A DNA stretch of 60,099 bases from a virus (taxonomy: Duplodnaviria > Caudoviricetes): positions 1-60,099 of IMG/VR virus record IMGVR_UViG_3300020181_000001; one strand, given 5' to 3'. Made by a program: the position numbers and the translations under genes. Below, piece by piece: positions 52,538 to 60,099 of this stretch. Under the pieces are notes generated by a model, which was given only the letters and a program-made list of their open reading frames with translations, did no database searches and was not told the DNA's origin. The first letter of the stretch is position 1, and each line of letters begins with the position of its first letter.

Positions 52538-53050
52538 TTAGAGCTTGGAGGCGTCATCGCGACGAAGAGTCTTGATGATGTGCTCCCTGCTGGCCTTTGG
52601 TGTTACGTTGGGCAGCTTACGACGACGCACTTCCTTAAGAAGATCAGCGGTATCACATTCGTCATAATTGTCTGACTCGTCTTCACCTACGTCACGAGTC
52701 TCTAGCACTACTGGGGCAGGCGGAACCGGTACACCCTCATCGATAACCGGAACCTCAATCTCAACGCTGTCAGGCTCTTCACCAATGCTGGCTAGTACCG
52801 CATTCTCAACCGGGTCCTCACCCGGCTTGGGCTCATCTTCCCTTACTGCTGCGGAACCATCAGGTCCCACACCAGGGTAAAAGGTAGGGTCCTCACCGGC
52901 TGCAACCTTACGGTCGTAGTCATCCGCGATGGCAAGGATTTCATTCTTGTGGAAGCCCTTGAGAAATGCACGCACTTCCGGATCAAGGGGGAGGCCCAAG
53001 TCCATTCCGTACATAACCGTTGGGATACGCACGTCATAGTGCTTTGTCAT
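52538..53050 (-). CDS. Hypothetical protein with C-terminal SAP/Rho-N-like helix pair
   Basis: YDE....DL.KE..RR.L......R..II..L. Confidence 0.6.
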   Translation of the reverse strand: MTKHYDVRIPTVMYGMDLGLPLDPEVRAFLKGFHKNEILAIADDYDRKVAAGEDPTFYPGVGPDGSAAVREDEPKPGEDPVENAVLASIGEEPDSVEIEVPVIDEGVPVPPAPVVLETRDVGEDESDNYDECDTADLLKEVRRRKLPNVTPKASREHIIKTLRRDDASKL

Positions 53051-53152
53051 TGTTTTCCCTTACGTCTCAGACGGATAGGTGTGTGGGGGTTTTCATCCTC
53101 ATTGTCCCCCACCTTAACGCGTACGTGTCGAGAGGCTCCGCGTCGAATTTGG

Positions 53153-53389
53153 TTAGGCTTCTAGAGTAACTGTGTAGCTAGTGTCATCATCTAGGTTGGG
53201 GGCTTTGGGTGCCGCCTCACTAAAAGAGCCAACAGTCGACTCAATAGTAACTCTTACCTTACCCTTAAACCCACCAAAGTCCTTAATAAACACAGCCTTT
53301 TGAAGATAACCTCCTTCTAAAGCCGGAGCATCTCCCTGAGACTGAGTCATTGAATCAGGAACTTCAGTAAATGAAAACAGCTCTGCCAT
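53153..53389 (-). CDS. Hypothetical protein
   Basis: ORF after the capsid gene. Confidence 0.55.
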   Translation of the reverse strand: MAELFSFTEVPDSMTQSQGDAPALEGGYLQKAVFIKDFGGFKGKVRVTIESTVGSFSEAAPKAPNLDDDTSYTVTLEA

Positions 53390-53414
53390 ACCTTAACCCT
53401 TTCACCTATTTTTA

Positions 53415-54536
53415 TCAGGCAGCGTAATCAGCCGGAGGGCTGTATGCACCCGCACCTAGCTGTAGAACCGCACCCGCACCACGCTCTAGAACACCGGTAC
53501 CAAGACCGTTGACGTAGAACGAGTCAATAAGCGGGTAGTCAGGGTTACGGCCCTTGACCAAGCGGAGGCCACGAAGCTCTTCACGAGCGTGAACACGGAT
53601 CGCGACCGGGTTGTTCAGCGCGTTAACGCCACCGGTAGCGAAAGCGAACAGGTAACCGGCAGGCATGTAAGCGTTGACCACAATGGACCAGTCGCCGTAA
53701 GTACCGAGACGCTCAAGACCATCCAGCTCGTTGCTTGACTGAGAGCCGAGAACAACGGTTCCGGGGGCAAGAATTACGTTGGTACCAAGCGCCGGAATGA
53801 AGTCCCAAGTAGCACCGTTGACACCCGCACGGAAAGAACGGATAACGTTGGCCTGAGCCTCATTGACCAGCACGACCAGACGGTAACCATTGGCACGGTT
53901 GAAGCCGTGCTCGGTAACGTCAGTCATAAGCGCTTCAAGCATCGCCGGAGTCAGGGTCGCTGACGCGTTGAAGTTGAAGTGGTCATGACCAGCCGCGAAC
54001 GTAGTCGGGCCAACGGGCGGAGGAACTTCGGCGTCACCGTTGTAGAACGGGAACGCGGTGAAGGTCGAACCGGTACCGTTGCCACCCTCAAAGCCCTTAA
54101 GGGTAAAGGCCTGAGTGGTGTTGCGGAACAGCTGGGTAAACATGCGCTTGAAGTACAGCCGGTTAGACGCCTCAAGAACGGTGTTCGTGATGCGGTCTAG
54201 ATCCTGCTGTGACGCTTCAACAAGGTACTGCCAAGTGAACCGAGCGGAAAGGTCGTACCACTTAAACGGAACACCACGGTCGATGTTCGCAGCAGCAGGA
54301 CGAATACCCTTGGGCTCGCCGTACTCAGAAGCCTCTTCAAAGTCCACACCAGCACCGAAAGAACCGATGTTGATAACAGGTGTGGTGACTTCGTAGCTCA
54401 GGAATCGGATAAGCGCGTTGCGACCGGCGTTGTACTCGGCAACTAGATCCGCGTACTCCTGGAAAAGGTGGTTTAGGTCCCGACCGTCAGCAGTCTTGGT
54501 GACTAGATCGTGGACGTTGTTAAATCCATATGCCAT
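53415..54536 (-). CDS. Major capsid protein
   Basis: Size, position after the scaffold, FEEASEYGEP; strongly biased codons. Confidence 0.9.
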   Translation of the reverse strand: MAYGFNNVHDLVTKTADGRDLNHLFQEYADLVAEYNAGRNALIRFLSYEVTTPVINIGSFGAGVDFEEASEYGEPKGIRPAAANIDRGVPFKWYDLSARFTWQYLVEASQQDLDRITNTVLEASNRLYFKRMFTQLFRNTTQAFTLKGFEGGNGTGSTFTAFPFYNGDAEVPPPVGPTTFAAGHDHFNFNASATLTPAMLEALMTDVTEHGFNRANGYRLVVLVNEAQANVIRSFRAGVNGATWDFIPALGTNVILAPGTVVLGSQSSNELDGLERLGTYGDWSIVVNAYMPAGYLFAFATGGVNALNNPVAIRVHAREELRGLRLVKGRNPDYPLIDSFYVNGLGTGVLERGAGAVLQLGAGAYSPPADYAA

Positions 54537-54568
54537 TTGGTTTCACTCCCTTCAAATCACGTAGTAGG

Positions 54569-54988
54569 TCAGGCACCAGTACCGGAGCCACCGCAGTTGA
54601 CAACCAGGCGTCCACCGGAACCACCGGACGTAGAGTTGACCTCAACAACAAGGCCAACCTTCTTGTTGGCGGTTGCGGTGTCGGAAAGCTGACCAGTGGT
54701 AGCCGCGTAAACCTGGTCACCGGGAGACATAGCAGTGATGTCTGTGGTGGTGCACTCAACGATCTCTCCGGCAACCATGACATCGACGATGTCACCAACT
54801 GCCTTGGGACCGTCAACAACTACGACACCGACGATATCGGTTGCAGCAGCGCCACCTACAACCACACGACCTGAAGTGTTCAGCGAAACCGCTGTAACTC
54901 GACCCACGTTACCGAGAGCTGAGCCAGCAGGCCAAGCAGCGTTCAGAGGCGCGCGGAATGTCTGAGTAATCTTGTCATAACGAGCCAT
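54569..54988 (-). CDS. Capsid decoration/cement protein
   Basis: GD.VDV...GE...GD.VY....G.L pattern. Confidence 0.75.
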   Translation of the reverse strand: MARYDKITQTFRAPLNAAWPAGSALGNVGRVTAVSLNTSGRVVVGGAAATDIVGVVVVDGPKAVGDIVDVMVAGEIVECTTTDITAMSPGDQVYAATTGQLSDTATANKKVGLVVEVNSTSGGSGGRLVVNCGGSGTGA

Positions 54989-55014
54989 TACCGTTTCCTT
55001 TCTTAGCTCGTAAT

Positions 55015-55647
55015 TTACTTACCTAGTGCCGGGAAACGCTTGCGGAGAGACTCCCTGTCGGCAGTCGGCTTTTCTCCCTTGCGCTTGACCGGTGTTTGTC
55101 CAGTCGCCTCTGACGACGGGGTTACAACTCCATCTGTCGACTTGACGAGGTGGGGTTTCTGCTTGACCATTGCTTTAACAGCCTCAGCCATACCAGTTAC
55201 CTTGCCGTCTTCGTCAACTTCAACACCATCCATGAACTTCTTTTGTAGAACGGTGTAAGCATCTTCAGCATCAGCCCAGTCCACACCCTTAGCCGCAAGG
55301 AATGCATTCTCCAGGGCCTGTTGCTTTACACGGTCGGCGAGAGCTTCAGCCTTCTTGGCTAGCTCATCACGTTCCTTTGTGGCCTTTTCCAGTTCGGACA
55401 GCTTGGACTTCTCGATTTCGTCCAGCTTGGCCTGAGCCTCTTCTAAGGCCTTTTGTGTTTTCGAGCGGTTCTGATCGGCCGCACGCATACGAGCGTCAAG
55501 GTTCTTGTAGTCCTCTTCGGTATAAGTCTTGGTGGACTTGCCGCTTTCCTCTGAAGTCTCCGACTCTTCGGTTTCGACCTCTTCACGCTCATCAACATCA
55601 CTAGTGGATTCTGGGGATGTCCCTGACATTGTCCCTTGACCTCTCAT
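55015..55647 (-). CDS. Capsid scaffolding protein
   Basis: Acidic N-terminus, coiled coil, LSELEK, KPHLVK. Confidence 0.85.
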   Translation of the reverse strand: MRGQGTMSGTSPESTSDVDEREEVETEESETSEESGKSTKTYTEEDYKNLDARMRAADQNRSKTQKALEEAQAKLDEIEKSKLSELEKATKERDELAKKAEALADRVKQQALENAFLAAKGVDWADAEDAYTVLQKKFMDGVEVDEDGKVTGMAEAVKAMVKQKPHLVKSTDGVVTPSSEATGQTPVKRKGEKPTADRESLRKRFPALGK

Positions 55648-56477
55648 GCAGCTAATCTAATGATGGACAAAGCGGTTGCCTCATCCACGGTTTCATATGT
55701 CATATAACACAGGCATTGTGGGTGTGGTTTACTCGGAACTGCTCTGGCTTCGTAAACCCCATCTCCGTTAACACCTCCGCGTGCCCGTTCATCACAGGCA
55801 TCGGGCTTAGGGTGCCGTCTACTGAGATTCCATTTAGTGCCAGCCACAAAAGGGTTGTCTGTACCTTGTGCTATCTGGCGCTCATGGAATGCGTTATTGA
55901 TCTCAGTTCGAGCTAATCGCATTGCTGAATAGGAGATACCACCAGGTGCATCAGGACGGATAAACCGTCTGACTTCGGTAGCAAGTTCACGCGCACTGAC
56001 TTGGTTGATGATCCCCGCACGAATAGTTTTTTCAACTAAACCTGTACTCAGCTGGATATTCTTGTAGACGCGTTGTGACAGCTCAAGTGGACGTCGTAAG
56101 TTATCCAGTTCCAAGCCATGTTCCAAATACGGCATAAAGGCATCCAGCAAGCTTTCTGCTTGACGCTCAGTCATGTGTGCGGCCAACACTCGGTAGATAG
56201 ACATGGCTGCTCTATCCGCCGCGCCTTCAGCTAACCCGAAGTACTTGTTAGTGGCTCGCTCGACATCGCCCCATGTCTCTTCCATAAGGCCATTGATTTG
56301 GTCAAGCATGATACCGAGCTGAGCCACACGTACAGTTCCACCGACGCCATTACCCTGTCGGAGAATAATCCGCGAAGCCATGGCGGCTGATTCACGAAGG
56401 ATGCGCCTCAGCTCGATGTCTGCACGCTGTTGAACTTTGATGTATTCGTTCAGCGGTTCCCGTTCAGGAGTAAGCAC
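55644..56477 (-). CDS. Minor capsid/head morphogenesis protein (MuF-like)
   Basis: RLARTE..NA...CD...HPQCLC. Confidence 0.88.
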   Translation of the reverse strand: MLTPEREPLNEYIKVQQRADIELRRILRESAAMASRIILRQGNGVGGTVRVAQLGIMLDQINGLMEETWGDVERATNKYFGLAEGAADRAAMSIYRVLAAHMTERQAESLLDAFMPYLEHGLELDNLRRPLELSQRVYKNIQLSTGLVEKTIRAGIINQVSARELATEVRRFIRPDAPGGISYSAMRLARTEINNAFHERQIAQGTDNPFVAGTKWNLSRRHPKPDACDERARGGVNGDGVYEARAVPSKPHPQCLCYMTYETVDEATALSIIRLAA

Positions 56478-56828
56478 TTACACCACCACAGACAACAGAT
56501 TTTCCGCAGTTAACAGTGGAGTCTGTGTACCGTAGACGAAACGGACATGAACTTGATAATCACCAGGTGGAACTAAAGCAGCAGTATCGATTTCCGCAGT
56601 AGCCCAATAATTCTGTCCGTAAGACTCCCACACACCAGGAAACACCAAGGATGCCAAACTGACCGCGACATTAGGAACTTCAAGGATTATCTCAAGGTTC
56701 GTAGTTTGATTGAGGAGGTCGATATAGACACCGTTGAGCTTGCCCTTAATGGGAACTTTGATGGTCTCTGTAGTCCCGTATGTAATCTCTTTAGGGCTAC
56801 ACGACATAACTGACCTCCCATCCCTCAA
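56478..56828 (-). CDS. Small beta-sandwich virion protein (BppU N-terminal-like)
   Basis: PGDY.V.V.F...TP pattern; position. Confidence 0.5.
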   Translation of the reverse strand: MRDGRSVMSCSPKEITYGTTETIKVPIKGKLNGVYIDLLNQTTNLEIILEVPNVAVSLASLVFPGVWESYGQNYWATAEIDTAALVPPGDYQVHVRFVYGTQTPLLTAENLLSVVV

Positions 56829-59016
56829 TAGCCTCAGCTGTAAAGCGTGTATTTACTGAGCCAGTTTCCCATGTGCTCTCCACACATCCACTGACAAACT
56901 CATAAACTGCAATTGCCACTGTCGGATTACCTGCGACAAACGTAGAAGCCAGCCCGTCAAGGAACAGGCGCTCGTCTGCGGCGATCTTGGTATTTCCGAA
57001 CCGGGTAGCTACACCACCACTGGTCAGCTTGAGTGCACGGTTCAGCCGTGTCAGGCCGTACGCCAGCGTTGAGCCTTTACCCGTAGGCTTGAGCTTCAGC
57101 CCTAGACGAGGTGATCCCGCTTGGAAGCTTGAGCTATAGCCCTGAGGACGTAGGGTCAACACGAGCTTGGATGAGCCTGACTGAGCTGTAGGGCCTAGCC
57201 CTGTCACCTTCAGTATCAGCGCGAGTTTAGAGCCACCATACTGTGTGGATGACCCAAGGCCAGTCAGCGTTACCCGGTGGGACAGCTCTGAGTTACCTGC
57301 GGAGAAAGTCGAACCATATCCCGAAAGATCCAAGATATCTGGCTGAAGCTCACTGACTGCTGGCGCGCCGTACTGTGTGGAACTAAGGCCTGCCAATTTG
57401 ACGACATGAGTCAGCTCAGGATTACCGTAATCAACAGTCGAACCCAATCCCGAAAGGCTGAGCATTCGATCTGTTTGAACTACTGGATTACCATAAGCAG
57501 TTGAGCTAACTTTACCCGTTAACTCAAGAGTTTGTGCAAGTGAAGGGTTACCATACTGAAGCGCAGATGCATGTCCGCTCAGGTTTAAACTTTGATTCAA
57601 TCTGGGTGTACCGAAGTCCACACCTTCATTGAATCCTTGGAGGACCAAGACATGCTTCAGTGCATTAACACCGAACTGCACAGTCGGCGCATGACCGGTC
57701 AAACTCAAGATTTGATCAGGCAGCAGAACAGGAGAACCGAATTGAACTGATGACGGGTGCCCTGTCAGTACTAACGTTTGAGCAAATCGTGCAGTGCCGT
57801 ATACGATACTTGAAGCTTTCCCGGTTAAACTAAGTGCATGAGAAAGCTTGGATGTTCCGTAAACAGTACTGCTTGCTTTACCGGTCAAACTGATGGAACG
57901 GTTTAACCGAGTTGTGCCAAAGCTTTGAGTATTTGCATACCCAGTAGGTTTGACAATCACAGCCAAATGTGGAGCACCATAAGCCACAGTGCTGGCTAAA
58001 CCTGTCAAGGTAAGGCCAATACTGAGTTTAGAAGTGCCGAACTGTTGACTGTTGGACAGCCCTGTCAGTTCCAGTATATGAACTAGTTTAGGTGTACCAT
58101 ATGAGGTTGAAGTAAAACCTATCGGGTTTACTCCACGGTTCAGCCGAGGTGAACCATAAGTTAAGGTATTACTATACCCAGTCAGCTTAAGAACAGGCGC
58201 TAGCTTGGTTGTACCGTAAACGGTGCTACTTGCTTTACCAGTCGGTTTGACTACGTGCTTAAGAGTAGTTGTACCATAAGCAGTAGACGAAGTTTTACCT
58301 GTCGGTTTGAGTGCCCTATTCAACTTTGGGCTACCGTAAGCAGCCGTAGATGCGAGACCGGTCAGCGTAACCGTAGCTGAAGGCAAAGCATCACGTAGAG
58401 CAAACATCGTAGCGGTAAGAGGAGTAGTGCTACTAGGAAAAGTACCCCAGTGGACACCAGTATCACCCATACCGCCAGCAGTAACACGACAGATGGAAAA
58501 CAAATTGGACGTTACATCATTAGCACCTGTAACATACGTCCAGCCGCCAGGAATACCACACAAAGACGAAGTACGACCCATAGCCGTCCACACAAGCATT
58601 CGCTGAGTATTCAGCAATACACCTTGAACGCTTGGAGTCTGGGTTGCCGCTGTTGCACCCGTAGTTTCCAGATCGACAAAATCATAAGGGGTTCCGACTG
58701 CGACAACACCCTCCCACCGCACAGCTACATAACGGCGAACCGTTACAGCAGCTGCTTGTGAAAACGCATAACTACCGCCATCTGCACCTGTAGCGCGTTT
58801 CCAAAAGATGTGGTGATAGTGAGGTGTACCTGTTGTGTTGGTAGGCGAGCCTGGAAATGCGGTAAAGCCTGCCGGAGCTGTAACCGCACCACTGGTGTTG
58901 GTCAGAATATGAACAGTGATGAAACTGCCTGCTGCGACACCAGTCGGCACAGCCACCGAAAAGCCTGCTGTAGTAGCCGTGCCGATTGTTCCTACAGATC
59001 CAAATGTAACCGGCAT
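56797..59016 (-). CDS. Long repetitive fibre-like virion protein (about 24 repeats of about 20 aa)
   Basis: Repeat LxLTGxxSxxxYGxPxL after an N-terminal beta domain of about 210 aa. Confidence 0.8.
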   Translation of the reverse strand: MPVTFGSVGTIGTATTAGFSVAVPTGVAAGSFITVHILTNTSGAVTAPAGFTAFPGSPTNTTGTPHYHHIFWKRATGADGGSYAFSQAAAVTVRRYVAVRWEGVVAVGTPYDFVDLETTGATAATQTPSVQGVLLNTQRMLVWTAMGRTSSLCGIPGGWTYVTGANDVTSNLFSICRVTAGGMGDTGVHWGTFPSSTTPLTATMFALRDALPSATVTLTGLASTAAYGSPKLNRALKPTGKTSSTAYGTTTLKHVVKPTGKASSTVYGTTKLAPVLKLTGYSNTLTYGSPRLNRGVNPIGFTSTSYGTPKLVHILELTGLSNSQQFGTSKLSIGLTLTGLASTVAYGAPHLAVIVKPTGYANTQSFGTTRLNRSISLTGKASSTVYGTSKLSHALSLTGKASSIVYGTARFAQTLVLTGHPSSVQFGSPVLLPDQILSLTGHAPTVQFGVNALKHVLVLQGFNEGVDFGTPRLNQSLNLSGHASALQYGNPSLAQTLELTGKVSSTAYGNPVVQTDRMLSLSGLGSTVDYGNPELTHVVKLAGLSSTQYGAPAVSELQPDILDLSGYGSTFSAGNSELSHRVTLTGLGSSTQYGGSKLALILKVTGLGPTAQSGSSKLVLTLRPQGYSSSFQAGSPRLGLKLKPTGKGSTLAYGLTRLNRALKLTSGGVATRFGNTKIAADERLFLDGLASTFVAGNPTVAIAVYEFVSGCVESTWETGSVNTRFTAEAIEGWEVSYVV

Positions 59017-59034
59017 GACTTCACCCCATTAGAA

Positions 59035-59445
59035 TCAAAGGGCGAAGATCTTGTTAGCCCCGTTATCGAACTGGAGAATAACGTCAGTGCCAGACGGAGT
59101 AAGCGGGAGACCTGTTACACCTGTGTCTTGGAACATGATGAGGCGGGACGTTGCTTCCACACCCGTGTGGATGTAGAAGATAAGACCCTCGAACTGGTCA
59201 CCTGTTACGTTGGAAACTGTGATGTCGTCAGCGTCAAAAACACCATTCGTGATGCTGGTGTTCTGAAGTGCGCCGGACACGCCCACACGGGCAAGTGCCG
59301 GGACATCGTCCAGAAAGTCATGAGCAGCGCTATATGTGTAGTCCGCAAGATCAACCAGGATCACACGAATATCGGCAGTATCCAAGCTCGTGTGGGAGCT
59401 GTCTAGAAGAGCTTGCTTAAACAGCGGGTAGAGTGTCGTCGCCAT
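59035..59445 (-). CDS. Conserved virion protein preceding the fibre gene
   Basis: LYP.FK...H.FL.D...GVFDADD...GLP.TP.G.D...KIF.L. Confidence 0.7.
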   Translation of the reverse strand: MATTLYPLFKQALLDSSHTSLDTADIRVILVDLADYTYSAAHDFLDDVPALARVGVSGALQNTSITNGVFDADDITVSNVTGDQFEGLIFYIHTGVEATSRLIMFQDTGVTGLPLTPSGTDVILQFDNGANKIFAL

Positions 59446-60099
59446 TTGATGTTACACCTCCTGTATCTCCTAGCTCAGCATCCAACCGAGCTGCAAAGGG
59501 GTCTTCTGCTTCAGCCAATGCGGCACGTTCTTGAATGATATCCAGGCCCATTTCCTCAGGGAACGTGTAACCCAGTTTCTCAGACAACACCGTACGGATA
59601 TACGCGGCTGAGGCAATCTTGTTTTCAACCATGAACTTGCATTCTTCCAAGACCTCTTTACGGTCGGTAGGAAGCTTGTCTCCGACTGTAGGAATAATAC
59701 TCAAGCCATCAAACTTAAAGCCCTCATATGTGGGGAACCACTGCATAGCCAGATCATGGAACATCTGCGCATGAACTTCAATGACTGAAGTATCTTTCTC
59801 TTCCGTTGAAGAGAGAAGAGGTCCCATCTGTAGATAAAGGGCTACGCCGGAAACTTCAACTGAAACGTCCACCATACCAACAGCAGCATCACTGACACCG
59901 GTTGAGCGTTGCATGGATTGTTCAAGGTACTTGATGTGCTTGAGTGCGGCATCTACACCATTGCTGTCAAGGCCTTTGACACGCTCGAACTTACGCCCCA
60001 TGGGAATTTCAGCCACACGGCCAGGACCTAACAGCCAGTTGGTCTTTTGCTTGGTCAGTGGATCGGTGGGAGGAGGAGCATCCGTCCAGTAGAAACCCA
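59417..60099 (-). CDS. Portal protein, 3' part
   Basis: In frame with 1..1004; SGVAL.L...PL and LP.DR motifs. Confidence 0.85.
   Translation of the reverse strand, partial: GFYWTDAPPPTDPLTKQKTNWLLGPGRVAEIPMGRKFERVKGLDSNGVDAALKHIKYLEQSMQRSTGVSDAAVGMVDVSVEVSGVALYLQMGPLLSSTEEKDTSVIEVHAQMFHDLAMQWFPTYEGFKFDGLSIIPTVGDKLPTDRKEVLEECKFMVENKIASAAYIRTVLSEKLGYTFPEEMGLDIIQERAALAEAEDPFAARLDAELGDTGGVTSNGDDTLPAV
59973..60099. repeat. Terminal direct repeat, copy 2
   Basis: Identical to 1-127. Confidence 0.95.

Overview
The window is a complete, circularly assembled genome of a tailed, siphovirus-type phage of about 59,972 bp; bases 1-127 repeat exactly at 59973-60099. Its host is probably an actinomycete, judging from the Lsr2-type domain, ThyX, TTGACA/TANNNT promoters and actinophage-like structural genes. 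No integrase or recognisable repressor is visible, so it is probably lytic. Layout: (i) a minus-strand packaging, head, tail and holin operon from terS (3684) across the origin to about 41720; (ii) a plus-strand replication and nucleotide arm (27030-40118) with primase-helicase, SNF2 helicase, MazG/dUTPase-like protein, dCMP deaminase, a UDG-PolA fusion, HNH, Cas4-like nuclease, ThyX, Sak4-like ATPase, SSB and VRR-NUC; (iii) a minus-strand accessory arm (about 3900-26900) of small genes, exported envelope or glycan enzymes, a displaced endolysin and two RNA clusters. The most striking unannotated signals are: (1) about 13 promoters, mostly with non-consensus -35 boxes, carrying a GTnAC-N6-GTnAC box (eight of them 5-6 bp upstream of the -35), which matches the actinobacterial MtrA/GlnR/AfsQ1 binding consensus and suggests an activator-gated phage regulon; (2) a non-coding transcription unit of about 1 kb with its own promoter and terminator, in which two tRNAs alternate with several non-canonical tRNA-like folds and hairpin series; (3) a second RNA cluster with a short-arm tRNA-Leu and a tRNA-shaped RNA with an aberrant anticodon loop. 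All calls come from reading the sequence by eye; no searches were run.
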